From positions 66,015-130,014 of the forward strand of contig JAQGGW010000003.1 in NCBI GenBank assembly GCA_028289135.1: a DNA stretch of 64,000 nt. The letters are read 5' to 3'. The stretch is from Candidatus Saccharimonadota bacterium. GTDB lineage: Bacteria; Patescibacteriota; Saccharimonadia; Saccharimonadales; JACDBH01. The first letter of the stretch is position 1; each line of letters opens with the position of its first letter. Position numbers and translations under genes: made by a program. This document shows positions 1 to 9,883 of this stretch, piece by piece. Below the pieces are notes generated by a model. That model saw only the letters and a list, made by a program, of their open reading frames with translations. It was not told where the DNA came from and did no database searches.

Positions 1-409
1 CGTCAGCTGCCGGCAGATCGATTTTATTTAAAACTGGGATAATCGTCAGCTCGGCCGCCATCGCCAAATATACATTAGCAAGCGTCTGTGCCTGGATGCC
101 CTGGCTGGCGTCCACCACCAAAATTGCGCCCTCGCAGGCCTCGAGGCTCCGCGAGACTTCGTAGCTAAAGTCAACGTGTCCTGGAGTGTCTATCAGGTTT
201 AGCTCATAATCTTTGTATTTCATGCGCACAGGAGCCAATTTGATGGTAATCCCGCGCTCGCGCTCCAAATCCATTTTGTCGAGCAGCTGGGCCTTCATGT
301 CACGCTTTAAAATGGTACCCGTAAGCTCCAACAAACGGTCAGCCAGGGTTGATTTGCCGTGGTCAATATGCGCGATAATACAGAAGTTCCGGATGTGGTC
401 TTGATTCAT
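1..409 (-). CDS. lepA: Elongation factor 4 (LepA), N-terminal 136 aa; gene runs off the left edge
   Basis: Absent from ORF track (edge). Reverse translation from ATG at 409-407: [28 protein letters not shown]...[16 protein letters not shown]...NKIDLPAAD. GTPase G1/G3/G4 motifs in LepA-typical context. Confidence 0.9.
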   Translation of the reverse strand, partial: MNQDHIRNFCIIAHIDHGKSTLADRLLELTGTILKRDMKAQLLDKMDLERERGITIKLAPVRMKYKDYELNLIDTPGHVDFSYEVSRSLEACEGAILVVDASQGIQAQTLANVYLAMAAELTIIPVLNKIDLPAAD

Positions 410-473
410 TAAACATATTATAACAGAGGTAGGAGCTTTTTTAAAGTGGTTAAGCCCCTTGCTTGTCTAACTG

Positions 474-2075
474 CTACCACTCTATGCGGACGGGTTTCAA
501 AACTATCCGCACCGCACTGCGCAGCTTGGCAACAACCGGAATAGCTTCTTCCAGGCTAAACAAAGATGAAAGCCCCAAGTGTACACTCATCGTAACCAGT
601 GTAATAATCCCAAGCTTAAAACCAAGCGTAATCAAACCTTTATCGGCCTTATGAAGCGGGAAAATCTGCACCATAATATATGTCGCCACCACCGAGAAAC
701 CCGTTACAGAAAAAATCCGCCACAGGCCGCCCCAAAAGCGGATATCAAACAGCTTGTGATCTTTTATAAGCATAATCGTAAACAGTACCGCGACTTCGCT
801 GATAGCCACAATCGTCTGTGCGAGCGCCAGGCCAGAGATTCCGTAATGAGTTGGCTTTGACAGCTGCCATGCCAAAAAGATGTTGAGCGCAATCGCGAAA
901 ATAGAAACTCCAAGCGGTGTCCAAGTGTCTTTTTGGGCGTAAAAATAACGTGAAATAATGGCGTAGATAATCCTAAAGAATATTGCGCCGCACAAAAATC
1001 CAAAAATGCCGGTAATCTCGTTGGAACCGCGCGTAAAGATCAGCCGGGCCAAGTAGCCGCGGCCAAAGAAACAGATGACGACCATTGGTATGGTAATCCA
1101 GATCATTGCGCGAAGAATCTTTAAGAAGTCTTGCCTAAAAAGATCCGGCCGACCTTGGCTGAGCCTAGCGGTCAGGCGCGGAAACGCCGCGGTAGCAATG
1201 GTGGTGCCGATTAGCTGTATAGGTACTGTATGCAGCGTGTAGGCGTTCTCGTAATAACTAATGCTGCCAGCTCCCAAACGGCTCCCAAAGTTTGTCTCGA
1301 CAATGGAGTTGATGGAATCTATACCCTGGTCAATCGACCGCGGCGGAAGCTGACGCAAAACTTTTCTAAAATCAGGGTTTTTAAAGTTAATTCTAATTTT
1401 AAATAGAAAATCCAAGCCGCCAAGGCCAAACAAAACAATCAAAAGCTGCAGAATTGCTCCAATCAGCGCGCCGATGCCAAGGCCCACAATGCCGATGTTG
1501 TCGCGGAATATAAAAATACTAATGATGACAGCAAGGTTATAAAACAGCGGCGCGATGGCGTAAAAGAAAAACCGGCCGAATGTTTGCTGGACGGCGGTTA
1601 AGATCCCAGAGATGGTAAACAAAAACGGGTTAAATGACACCAAACGCATAATGACTACCGCGTTATGCTTTTGGTCAGGGGTTAAGCCAGGCGCCACCAG
1701 GTGGACCAGCGGCTCGGCGAATATCAAAATAATAATGCCGACGATACCCATAACAATAGCCAGCATGTTCAGCAGGCTGGTCGCCAGCTCCCAAGCGCCT
1801 TTATTGTCGTTTTTTTCTAGATGGTCCGCAAGAACTGGGATAAAGGCTACACCCAAAGCGCCAGCTGCGATAGTAAAGAAGAAGAAGTCGGGGATCTTAA
1901 AGGCGGCAAAAAAGGCGTCCGTACTCTGGCCGCCAAACTGGGAAAAGTTGGCGTTGACCAGCTTAACTTTTAAAAATCCAAGGATCTGCCCAGATAACGC
2001 GGCAACGATTAACAGGGCGGCAGCGTTACCAAGCGAGATTTTTTTGTTGGCCTTATCAAAGAATCGGTTCTTCAT
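474..2075 (-). CDS. murJ: Lipid II flippase MurJ/MviN family
   Basis: Polytopic 533-aa protein with MurJ-like N-terminus (MKNRFFDKANK...SLGNAAALLIVAALSGQILGFLKVKLVNANF). Start trimmed from 2219 to ATG 2075 because the extra 48 codons overlap the neighbouring gene. Confidence 0.8.
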   Translation of the reverse strand: MKNRFFDKANKKISLGNAAALLIVAALSGQILGFLKVKLVNANFSQFGGQSTDAFFAAFKIPDFFFFTIAAGALGVAFIPVLADHLEKNDNKGAWELATSLLNMLAIVMGIVGIIILIFAEPLVHLVAPGLTPDQKHNAVVIMRLVSFNPFLFTISGILTAVQQTFGRFFFYAIAPLFYNLAVIISIFIFRDNIGIVGLGIGALIGAILQLLIVLFGLGGLDFLFKIRINFKNPDFRKVLRQLPPRSIDQGIDSINSIVETNFGSRLGAGSISYYENAYTLHTVPIQLIGTTIATAAFPRLTARLSQGRPDLFRQDFLKILRAMIWITIPMVVICFFGRGYLARLIFTRGSNEITGIFGFLCGAIFFRIIYAIISRYFYAQKDTWTPLGVSIFAIALNIFLAWQLSKPTHYGISGLALAQTIVAISEVAVLFTIMLIKDHKLFDIRFWGGLWRIFSVTGFSVVATYIMVQIFPLHKADKGLITLGFKLGIITLVTMSVHLGLSSLFSLEEAIPVVAKLRSAVRIVLKPVRIEW

Positions 2076-2103
2076 GCTACTACACAGTATACCCCGGGAT
2101 CGC

Positions 2104-2646
2104 TCAGGATTGCGCGCGTTTTTTGAAGCGGAAAAGTGCCGCCACAAATACGGCAGCAGCGAGCACCGCCGAGCCGGCAATTGGCCACATTTGCTCTGCT
2201 GTTGAAGCCGTTTTTTCAACCTCAGGCATTGTTATATCTTCGGTCGTCTTAAACGTATATGGATGTCCGCCGCTAGCTATAAGCTTAAGAGTAATGTCAT
2301 AGGTGCCAGCATTTTGAAACGTATACAAAGCAGCCGCCGAATGAACACCAACAGTGGCCGGAATATTTGCAACTTGGGCGCCGTTTTTATGGTTAATTAC
2401 CAGGCTAGCTTTTGCCCCTGTCATAACAAAATCTTTTTCTAACAAATAATGAAACACCGTTGGCGTGCCAACTGTCGGGTCATCATCGGGTACGTAGTGC
2501 AAAATTGAGTCAACCTTGCCGGTTGTGTCCTGAACTAACCCATGGGCCAAAACGGTGGACGGCATTAATACAAACAAAACCGCGGCAAAACCAAAAAGTA
2601 GTTTTAGTTGGTTTTTCAAATAAATAAAATACTTAATCTGTATCAC
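2104..2646 (-). CDS. Hypothetical secreted protein with C-terminal TM anchor (N-terminal His after predicted signal cleavage; YcnI/CopC-like topology is only a guess)
   Basis: Signal-like N-terminus ...VLAHG, beta-rich middle, C-terminal hydrophobic helix followed by FKKRAQS. Confidence 0.5.
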   Translation of the reverse strand: MIQIKYFIYLKNQLKLLFGFAAVLFVLMPSTVLAHGLVQDTTGKVDSILHYVPDDDPTVGTPTVFHYLLEKDFVMTGAKASLVINHKNGAQVANIPATVGVHSAAALYTFQNAGTYDITLKLIASGGHPYTFKTTEDITMPEVEKTASTAEQMWPIAGSAVLAAAVFVAALFRFKKRAQS

Positions 2647-2682
2647 GCTAATGTTTATGATACCAAACCTAGAGACCCTACC

Positions 2683-4554
2683 CTAGTACAAGGCCGCGGC
2701 TTTTGGCATGTGAGTCTCTTTTAAGATCGAAAGGACTTCATCTGCTTCAACGGTTTCTTTTTCTAGCAAAGCATCTTTGAGGGCTTTTAGTGACTTCAGG
2801 TTTGCCTTAATTACTTCGCGGGCGCGGGTAGCGGCTTCGGAGATCAATGCTTCAACTTCATCGTCAATAACTTTGGCGGTTTCGTCTGAATAGTCGCGTT
2901 CGTGCACCATGCGTTCGATCATCATGCCTTCTTCAACGTGGAAAACTTGGTTGCGAAGCTTTTTACCCATTCCCTGGTTTACGACCATGTCGCGCGCCAA
3001 AGCAGCTGCGCTCGGCAGGTCTGATCCTGCGCCGGTGGTTACGCGTTCTGGGCCATAGATAACTTCCTCGGCAATACGTCCGCCAAGCATCCGCGCCAGC
3101 ACGTCTTTGAACTCAATAATGCTGTGGTAGCTTTTATCTTCGGCTGGGATAGACCAAGTAACGCCGCCGGTTCCGCCGCGCGGAATGATAGTAACCTTGT
3201 GGATCGGATCGCTGTCCGGCAAAACATGGCCCACAACAGCGTGGCCAGCTTCATGGAAGGCTGTCATTTCCTTCTCTTTGTCGGACATAATCTTGCTCTT
3301 ACGCTCTGGGCCGATGGCGACCTTTTCAAACGCGGAAGTTACATCGGCTTGGGAAATTTCATGACGGTTTTCGCGGGCGGCCAGAATTGCTGCTTCGTTG
3401 GTGATGTTGCCAAGGTCAGCGCCGCTGCTGCCAGCGGTTTTTGCAGCCAATGCATCAAGGTCAACGTTTTTAGCGAGCGGCTTTTTGGCAAAGTGGATTT
3501 TTAAAATCGCTTCGCGGTCCTTGCGGTCAGGAAGGCCGATGTTTACGCGGCGGTCAAAACGGCCCGGACGGAGAAGCGCCGGGTCCAAAACATCAGAGCG
3601 ATTTGTGGCAGCCAGAACAATCACGTTGGTGCCTTGTTCAAAGCCGTCCATTTCAACCAAAATCTGGTTAAGAGTCTGTTCGCGCTCGTCGTGCCCGCCG
3701 CCCATACCGCTTCCACGGCGGCGTCCGACAGCGTCAATTTCATCAACAAATATAATGCATGGTGAATTCTTTTTGGCTTTAGCAAACAAATCACGCACGC
3801 GTGATGCGCCAACGCCCACGAACATTTCCACAAACTCCGAACCAGAAATGCTAAAGAATGGCGTGTTAGCTTCGCCAGCCACTGCGCGGGCAAGCATTGT
3901 TTTACCAGTACCTGGAGGGCCGACAAGCAAAACGCCCTTTGGAATCTTGGCGCCGACTGATTCAAACTTTTTAGGAAACTTTAAAAACTCAACAACTTCT
4001 TGGAGGTCTTGCTTGGCTTCGTCCGACCCAGCAATGTCCTTAAACGTTACCTTGTCTTTTTCGTTGCCGTAAAGCCGTGCCTTGCTCTTGCCAAAGCTCA
4101 TCGCCTGGTTGCCCTGGCCTTGTGCCCCGCGGAGAACAAAGAAGAATAATGCACCAAACAGAATAATCGGCAAAATAATTGTAACTGCAGCATTTGCCCA
4201 GAGGCTGCCGGCTTCAGATGCTTTTTTATACTCAACCACTACCTTGCTTTGGTCTAGCCCGTCATCTTTAACCAAACTTTCGTTTGGATCCTTTTGGCTG
4301 CTAATGGTCGCTTTGTCCTGGTTTTTTTCTGTAATCTGTAAATCCGTACCGCTAACTACGATTTTTGAGTATTTGCCAGCATTGGCATCCTGCACCACCT
4401 GGCTTAAAGCCACATTCTTGAGCGTGCTAGGCTGGTTATAGCCCGCGTAAATTACGGCGCCAATTAATAATAAGATGGCGATAAATCCAAAATTCTTTAG
4501 CCCCTTGCGGCGCTTGCTATTCTTCCCGGTCGGTTTAAACGGTTTGTTGTCCAT
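2683..4554 (-). CDS. ftsH: ATP-dependent zinc metalloprotease FtsH
   Basis: Walker A GPPGTGKT, Walker B IIFVDEID, second region of homology, HEAGHA zinc site, N-terminal TM helices. Confidence 0.97.
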   Translation of the reverse strand: MDNKPFKPTGKNSKRRKGLKNFGFIAILLLIGAVIYAGYNQPSTLKNVALSQVVQDANAGKYSKIVVSGTDLQITEKNQDKATISSQKDPNESLVKDDGLDQSKVVVEYKKASEAGSLWANAAVTIILPIILFGALFFFVLRGAQGQGNQAMSFGKSKARLYGNEKDKVTFKDIAGSDEAKQDLQEVVEFLKFPKKFESVGAKIPKGVLLVGPPGTGKTMLARAVAGEANTPFFSISGSEFVEMFVGVGASRVRDLFAKAKKNSPCIIFVDEIDAVGRRRGSGMGGGHDEREQTLNQILVEMDGFEQGTNVIVLAATNRSDVLDPALLRPGRFDRRVNIGLPDRKDREAILKIHFAKKPLAKNVDLDALAAKTAGSSGADLGNITNEAAILAARENRHEISQADVTSAFEKVAIGPERKSKIMSDKEKEMTAFHEAGHAVVGHVLPDSDPIHKVTIIPRGGTGGVTWSIPAEDKSYHSIIEFKDVLARMLGGRIAEEVIYGPERVTTGAGSDLPSAAALARDMVVNQGMGKKLRNQVFHVEEGMMIERMVHERDYSDETAKVIDDEVEALISEAATRAREVIKANLKSLKALKDALLEKETVEADEVLSILKETHMPKAAALY

Positions 4555-4634
4555 ATTTTCCCTTAACTAAGTGCTCTTTATTATACAGATACAATTGGCA
4601 CTCGTACAGGCTTATTGCTACTAAGTTATCCCTG

Positions 4635-5540
4635 TTACTTCGATGTAACCAATTTGGCGTGCTTTTTACCGAAGGCTATCGCAAAGTTTTTATCAAGCAC
4701 CAGCGTCGTATCCGGCCGGGCGGTTTTTAGAGCCGTCGTAGCTTTTTCTAAGTTTTTTTTGCTAAATTCACGCTTGCCGTTAACCCGCAGCCACTCGCCA
4801 ACCAGCTCGCGCGCCACGGCGTGCGGCAGCATCGCCACGTCATATCTTCTGAGCGTTTTTGTGCTTGGCTGGACATGCAAGATGGTGTGCAGGCGCTTGT
4901 CGATGGCTTCGTTTAATTCTGCCTGGCGGCGGGTAATACGTTTTAGTTCTTCAAATTTGTCTGGCGCCAGTTCGCGGATGCGCGGCAAAATCATGTGTCT
5001 TATATAGTTGCGCCTAAAATTGAGGTCAGCGTTGGTAGTATCTTCATTCCACTGCAAATTATTGGCATTGGCATAATCTATAAGGTGTTGTTTTGGTAGA
5101 TGCAGCAGCGGCCGTATAATTCCGTCTACCGACTTTAGTGAACTCATCCCTTTCCGCCCTGTGCCTCGTAAAATGTTGTGTGTAGCTGTTTCGAGCACAT
5201 CGTCCATATGGTGAGCGGTAATAATGCCATCTGCGTTAGTGTCTTTTTGGATACTGCGTAAAAATTTATAACGGGCCTGGCGCGCAGCATCTTCACTTGT
5301 CCCAGCCCCCAAATTACCTTCGTTATATACAAACGGCATTTTATACGCCCGCGCCGCCTTTTCGACCAGCCGTCTGTCGATGCGTGAATTTTCCCGGATC
5401 CCATGGTCAAAGTGTGCAACCGTAATTGTAATGCCCGGATATTGGTACAACATATCCAGCAGCGCCATCGAATCCACCCCGCCGCTAATTGCCGCAACGT
5501 AGTGCCCAGGAGCAATCTTGATGGTTTTTACGATATTCAT
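4635..5540 (-). CDS. tilS: tRNA(Ile)-lysidine synthase
   Basis: N-terminal PP-loop SGGVDSMALL; 301 aa; classic position next to ftsH. Confidence 0.88.
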   Translation of the reverse strand: MNIVKTIKIAPGHYVAAISGGVDSMALLDMLYQYPGITITVAHFDHGIRENSRIDRRLVEKAARAYKMPFVYNEGNLGAGTSEDAARQARYKFLRSIQKDTNADGIITAHHMDDVLETATHNILRGTGRKGMSSLKSVDGIIRPLLHLPKQHLIDYANANNLQWNEDTTNADLNFRRNYIRHMILPRIRELAPDKFEELKRITRRQAELNEAIDKRLHTILHVQPSTKTLRRYDVAMLPHAVARELVGEWLRVNGKREFSKKNLEKATTALKTARPDTTLVLDKNFAIAFGKKHAKLVTSK

Positions 5541-5558
5541 TGTTATTATTCTAGCAGT

Positions 5559-5999
5559 ATGACTGTAAACGACGAGACAAAAAGGCCAAAAATTGGCGTA
5601 GGATTAATCCTTATCAAAAACGGCACCCACGTTTTGCTGGCACAAAGAATAGGCAAACACGGCGCCGGTGAATATGGCGGCTTGGGCGGACACATGGAAT
5701 ACGGCGAAAAAGCCGAAGAAACCCTGATGCGTGAAGTGCGTGAAGAAGCTGGGCCGGAGCTTAAGATCACAAAACCTAGGATTATTAGCATCACCAACGT
5801 GACCAAATACGCGCCCAAACATTACGTGGACATCGGTATGACGGCAAATTGGATCAGTGGCGAACCAATTTTAATGGAGCCAGAAAAGTTTGCCTCGTGG
5901 GACTGGTATCCGCTTAATGACCTGCCGGAGCCATTGTTTGAGTTCATAAAAATTTATATAAATGAGCTTGGCAGCAAACATCCGCTGATTGACCTCTAA
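5559..5999 (+). CDS. NUDIX hydrolase
   Basis: Nudix box GGHMEYGEKAEETLMREVREEAG. Start moved to ATG 5559 (MTVNDE...) because the track start at 5403 overlaps tilS. Confidence 0.8.
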   Translation: MTVNDETKRPKIGVGLILIKNGTHVLLAQRIGKHGAGEYGGLGGHMEYGEKAEETLMREVREEAGPELKITKPRIISITNVTKYAPKHYVDIGMTANWISGEPILMEPEKFASWDWYPLNDLPEPLFEFIKIYINELGSKHPLIDL

Positions 6000-6026
6000 A
6001 AATCAGGCTGGCCAAGATGTGGATTA

Positions 6027-6035
6027 TGCTATAAT
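6027..6035 (+). promoter_or_regulatory. Extended -10 box TGcTATAAT, 10 nt upstream of ATG 6046
   Basis: Sequence tgctataat at 6027-6035. No SD between it and the start codon. Confidence 0.4.
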
Positions 6036-6045
6036 TTAGCCTTAC

Positions 6046-7023
6046 ATGGGCTTATTGCTAACGCTTATTGAGGTTATTATTTTTATCGGGATGTCCGCTA
6101 TTTGCAGCGGGCTAAACTTGTCGTTGATGTCGCTGGACGTGTCTGACCTAGAACGCCGCGCCCGCTACGGCAACAAACAGGCCAAAAAAGTCCTGCCGCT
6201 CCGCCGCAATAGCCATCTTTCGCTGGCCAGCATTTTGCTTACAAACGTCGCTGTTATTTCTGCCACTTCACTGGTTTTAGAGCATCGTTTTAACGGCCTG
6301 ATTGCCGGTGTTGCCAGCACACTTTTAATCGTTGTCTTTGGCGAAATCTTGCCGCAAGCGCTGTTTTTAAAACAAGCGCTAAAAATCACTGCCCGTTTTT
6401 CGAGCACGCTAAAGTGGATGAATATCGTTACCTACCCAATCTCAAAACCGCTACAGCTGCTGCTCGACAAGTTGTTTGGCCCCGAGCACACCCGCTTGCA
6501 CTCCCGCCGTGAGCTGGGCATGATCATTGCCGACCACCTGGACAACGACAAAAGCGAGCTCGACGACGACGAAGCCGAAATTATGCGCGGCGCGCTGAGC
6601 CTCAGCGACAAAAGGGTGCGCGACATTACGACCGACATAAACGATGTCTATTGGATGACGCCCGACACCGTAATTGATGCTGCCAAAATTGATGAAATTA
6701 AAGAAGAAAACTGGAGTCGCATTCCGATTTTTGACAAAGAACGAACCAAAACTTACGGCATTTTACTCATGAAAGACCTGGTGGACATAGACTTTGACGA
6801 ACGCAGCTACCGGATAGACGAGCTGCCGCTCAAATCAACCAACATTGTCGGCGGCATGACCGCGCTGGATACCATGTTCCGCAAATTCATCAGCGCCCGC
6901 ACGCACCTAATGCCGGTCGAAAAGAACGACCAGATCATCGGCATCGTCACAATCGAAGACCTAATAGAAGAAATCATCGGCCACGAAATCGAAGACGAAT
7001 CCGACCAAACCCGCGACGCCTAA
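6046..7023 (+). CDS. CNNM/DUF21 transmembrane domain + CBS-pair protein (CorC/TlyC-like)
   Basis: N-terminal 4-TM DUF21-like region followed by a CBS-pair-like region (...IVGIVTIEDLIEEIIG). Confidence 0.75.
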   Translation: MGLLLTLIEVIIFIGMSAICSGLNLSLMSLDVSDLERRARYGNKQAKKVLPLRRNSHLSLASILLTNVAVISATSLVLEHRFNGLIAGVASTLLIVVFGEILPQALFLKQALKITARFSSTLKWMNIVTYPISKPLQLLLDKLFGPEHTRLHSRRELGMIIADHLDNDKSELDDDEAEIMRGALSLSDKRVRDITTDINDVYWMTPDTVIDAAKIDEIKEENWSRIPIFDKERTKTYGILLMKDLVDIDFDERSYRIDELPLKSTNIVGGMTALDTMFRKFISARTHLMPVEKNDQIIGIVTIEDLIEEIIGHEIEDESDQTRDA

Positions 7024-7026
7024 AAT

Positions 7027-7057
7027 AAAAAGTCTCAACCGAAGTTAAGACTTTTTA
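7027..7057 (+). terminator. Rho-independent terminator after the CNNM gene
   Basis: AAGTCTCAAC-cgaa-GTTAAGACTT hairpin (1 mismatch) followed by TTTTT. Confidence 0.5.
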
Positions 7058-7084
7058 ATGGTAGCGATGACAAGATTCGAACTT
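7058..7084 (-). repeat. 27-nt duplicate of the 3' end (T-arm 3' half + acceptor + CCA) of the tRNA-Met at 7242-7318; not a functional tRNA
   Basis: atggtagcgatgacaagattcgaactt occurs identically at 7058-7084 and 7241-7267. No matching 5' acceptor or D arm follows the first copy. Confidence 0.85.
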
Positions 7085-7195
7085 CGAGACCTGAAGAGTG
7101 CCAGTGGCACTCTGAGTTCACATTGTATGGGGTATGTCTGGCAACAAAACGACTTATCCTGCATGATTTTACTTATTGGAAGATGCTAGGGGCAC

Positions 7196-7230
7196 AAAAA
7201 ACCCACTAAAGGCGAAGGCTTAAAGTGGGC
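7196..7230 (-). terminator. Terminator downstream of tRNA-Met (minus strand)
   Basis: Minus-strand hairpin CCCACT..GCC-TTCG-GC..AGTGGG followed by a T6 run (A6 at 7196-7201 on plus). Confidence 0.45.
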
Positions 7231-7241
7231 TTAATTATCTA

Positions 7242-7318
7242 TGGTAGCGATGACAAGATTCGAACTTGTGACCCCAGGCTTATGAGTCCTGTGCTCTAAC
7301 CAACTGAGCTACATCGCC
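7242..7318 (-). tRNA. tRNA-Met (CAU), elongator type, CCA encoded
   Basis: Reverse complement GGCGATGTAGCTCAGTTGGTTAGAGCACAGGACTCATAAGCCTGGGGTCACAAGTTCGAATCTTGTCATCGCTACCA folds as a cloverleaf and closely resembles E. coli elongator tRNA-Met. Confidence 0.85.
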
Positions 7319-7473
7319 ATGATGAACTGGTGAATTATAACAGAATTCGTATCTGTTAGCCAGCAGCTTGACATGTGTTTTTTCTTACAATGTAAACATA
7401 TAATTTACAATAAACTTTAAAGCGATTAGTTTAGGCGATACTTTTCATACACTAAAGAGGTTAAAATAGCTTC

Positions 7474-8355
7474 ATGGCGGGATTTTCGGATATTGTTATT
7501 GTGTATAACCCCAACAGCACTGGCGATAGTAAAGCCATGGCTTTTGAGCTGCGGAAAACACTGCGAAAACAGCTGGCAGATATTCCAATTGAATGCGTCC
7601 CAACAGAATTTGCAGGGCATGCCCGCGAACTTGCCTGCCAAGTTGCAAAGGACAAAAAGCATCCGCTGATTGTTTCGTCCAGCGGCGACGGCGGCTACAA
7701 TGAAGTCGTTAACGGCATTATGGACGCCGGCAAAACAAGTGCCGTTAGCGCCGTGCTGCCTGCCGGCAATGCCAACGACCACAGCCGCACCATGCAAAAA
7801 CACCCGCTGGCAGATGAGATTATAAAAGGCAAAATAACGCATTTGGACCTTATTAAAGTCACGGTAAATTCTGGTAAAAACATAAAATTCTATCACGCGC
7901 ATTCTTACGCCGGCCTTGGCCTTACCCCTGTTATCGGGGCCGAGTTAAACCGTCATGACCTTAACCGGTTCAACGAAATCCTGCTTAGCCTTAAGACTTT
8001 TAGCAAATTCAAGCCGTTTAAAATCCGCCACCGCGGAAAATTGCTTAAACTCGACAGCCTGCTGTTTGGCAACATTAACCAAATGGCCAAAGTTCTTACC
8101 ATTTCGCCCACTAACCGGCCGCAAGACGGCCTGTTTGAAGTTGTCACTTTCCCAAGCAGCACCAAAAGAAACTTAATTAAAAAACTGGTCAAAGCCGCGG
8201 TTTCAAACCTGAGCACAACCAAACGCTTTAGCTCCTACAAATTTGAAGTACCCAAAAAAATCCCAATGCAGCTGGACGGTGAAATTATAGAAATTCCGGC
8301 CGGCAGCAGCGTCCAAATAGAATCCGCGCATAAGGTTTTGGCTACCGTTATATGA
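7474..8355 (+). CDS. Diacylglycerol/lipid kinase family protein (YegS/BmrU-like)
   Basis: DAGK catalytic-domain pattern: NPNSTGDS..., SSGDGGYNEVVNG (GGDG-type loop), PAGNANDH. Confidence 0.75.
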   Translation: MAGFSDIVIVYNPNSTGDSKAMAFELRKTLRKQLADIPIECVPTEFAGHARELACQVAKDKKHPLIVSSSGDGGYNEVVNGIMDAGKTSAVSAVLPAGNANDHSRTMQKHPLADEIIKGKITHLDLIKVTVNSGKNIKFYHAHSYAGLGLTPVIGAELNRHDLNRFNEILLSLKTFSKFKPFKIRHRGKLLKLDSLLFGNINQMAKVLTISPTNRPQDGLFEVVTFPSSTKRNLIKKLVKAAVSNLSTTKRFSSYKFEVPKKIPMQLDGEIIEIPAGSSVQIESAHKVLATVI

Positions 8356-9014
8356 CAAATATGTTTACTTCGCTAAAGACTTTTTTTAAAGTCCAAGAAC
8401 GCGACCAACGCTACGTCAAAGTCCTGATCGGCTCGGCGATTGTTTTTATTTTGTGCTGCATCCAGGTAAAAAATAAATTCTTGTTTAACGGTGCGGAACG
8501 TCCTGTTTTTGAATTTTTTAATAATTTGCCGCAGGCTCTCCATGGCCCGATGATTATCGTTACCCAATTCGGCAGCCTGTTTGGCCTTATTTTTTGGCTG
8601 GCTGTTGCCTTGAGGTTCATTAACAAACGTGCGGCTTTTACATTGCTGCTAACGGCTGTTACCGCCTGGCTTTTGGATGATTTAGTTAAAACAATGGTTT
8701 CCCGTGACCGACCGCTTTTGCTCCTGAATGGCGTCCACATATTTTCTGGGCAGACTTTTAGCGGCTTTGGCTTCCCTTCAGGCCACTCAACCTTCGTTGC
8801 TGCCTGCGCGGTTTTTTTGTATTATCAGCTTGAGCCAAAATACCGTAAATACCTGATTGCTGCCATCTTGCTCGTTGGAATTAGCCGCATGTTCTTAGGC
8901 GCCCATTTTCCTTCCGACGTCTTGGGCGGCTGGGCGCTTGGTTCATTCGTGGCAGCTACAAGCTCTCTAATTTTTGGCATGTCAAAAACTCCCCCAGCAA
9001 ATACCAAGGCATAA
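8352..9014 (+). CDS. PAP2-family phosphatase (membrane)
   Basis: PAP2 motifs KxxxxxxRP (VSRDRP), PSGHS, SRxxxxxHxxxD (SRMFLGAHFPSD). ATGA overlap with the upstream kinase. Confidence 0.85.
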   Translation: MTNMFTSLKTFFKVQERDQRYVKVLIGSAIVFILCCIQVKNKFLFNGAERPVFEFFNNLPQALHGPMIIVTQFGSLFGLIFWLAVALRFINKRAAFTLLLTAVTAWLLDDLVKTMVSRDRPLLLLNGVHIFSGQTFSGFGFPSGHSTFVAACAVFLYYQLEPKYRKYLIAAILLVGISRMFLGAHFPSDVLGGWALGSFVAATSSLIFGMSKTPPANTKA

Positions 9015-9017
9015 GAG

Positions 9018-9026
9018 TGCTACAAT
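9018..9026 (+). promoter_or_regulatory. Extended -10 box TGcTACAAT, 7 nt upstream of ATG 9034 (leaderless candidate)
   Basis: tgctacaat then cctataa then ATG. No SD. Confidence 0.4.
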
Positions 9027-9033
9027 CCTATAA

Positions 9034-9567
9034 ATGGACGACGAAGTTGTAGATATTGTGGACGAATCCGGCAAAGTGCTGCGCCAAGAGTTAAAAGTGG
9101 ACGCGCACAAACATGGCTGGCTGCACAAATGCGTCATTGGTTATCTTAAATATGGTGACGACTGGGCCTTGGTACGACAAGCGGCCGACCGCCAAGACGC
9201 AGGACAACTTGTCGCTCCTGTCGGCGGGCACGTAAAAGCGGGTGAGGCAAACATAGACGGCCTACTGCGTGAAGCTATGGAAGAAATTGGTACAAGCAAC
9301 GTTACATACAAACACATTGGTACTATACGTTTTCACCGCCAAGTGATCGGCCGTGATGAAAACCATCTGTTTTATATCTACGAAATTTCAACCCCCGATA
9401 CCATAAACCTCGGTGCCGAAGCGGTAGCAATTGAGCGTTTCACAAAAGCAAACCTCAAAAAAGCATTGCTAAATGAACCGCAAAACTTTGGCGACGCCTT
9501 TTATTTTAATCTTGAGAAGTTCTACCCCGAATATCTACCTGCTACCTATAAAAAACGCTGGGCTTAA
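9034..9567 (+). CDS. NUDIX hydrolase
   Basis: Nudix box GGHVKAGEANIDGLLREAMEEIG. Confidence 0.8.
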   Translation: MDDEVVDIVDESGKVLRQELKVDAHKHGWLHKCVIGYLKYGDDWALVRQAADRQDAGQLVAPVGGHVKAGEANIDGLLREAMEEIGTSNVTYKHIGTIRFHRQVIGRDENHLFYIYEISTPDTINLGAEAVAIERFTKANLKKALLNEPQNFGDAFYFNLEKFYPEYLPATYKKRWA

Positions 9568-9603
9568 CTTGCCGAAGGCCGCTTCCCTGTTTTAAGCTAA
9601 ATT

Positions 9604-9637
9604 AAAAGCCTCATCTGATCAAGACGAGGCTTTTTTT
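9604..9637 (+). terminator. Rho-independent terminator
   Basis: AGCCTCatc...gacGAGGCT hairpin followed by T7. Confidence 0.6.
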
Positions 9638-9883
9638 AATTATAAAATTTTATAACTGGGCAATATCGTTGTCGATGGCCGCAAATTGGCTATCGCTGGT
9701 TGGTAAAAATTCGTAGGCTAGTTTATCGATTAATGACATTTTATTTTTTCGCTTTCTTAACTTTTTTAGTTTCATATTTTTGTTAATTTCTTTTTTATTT
9801 GATCTTAACACTACGTAGTATACATAATGCTTGTGCTTTTGTCAAGTATATTTATCGAAAGTTACTAAGAACTTAGTTTTATA

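Noticed and set aside
2076-2219. N-terminal extensions offered by the ORF track (murJ 2219; Nudix 5403; argG 29735; argH 30864; PNPOx 39183; 39157-39471; 32728; 60160; 61373; 63498)
   Set aside because: The extensions overlap neighbouring genes or lack SD/-10 support, whereas internal ATGs are preceded by AGGAG-type SDs or give canonical N-termini.
7059-7140. Possible second tRNA gene downstream of tRNA-Met
   Set aside because: Only the last 26-27 nt match a tRNA. The T-stem 5' strand is mismatched (CGAAG versus CTTGT), there is no 7-nt anticodon loop (GAGTGCC-act-GGCACTC has a 3-nt loop) and no 5' acceptor strand. It is kept as a repeat/fragment instead.
9640-9732. 29-aa minus-strand ORF (MSLIDKLAYEFLPTSDSQFAAIDNDIAQL) in the AT-rich spacer
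   Set aside because: It has no SD or -10 in a suitable position and nothing to indicate conservation. The evidence is too weak to call.
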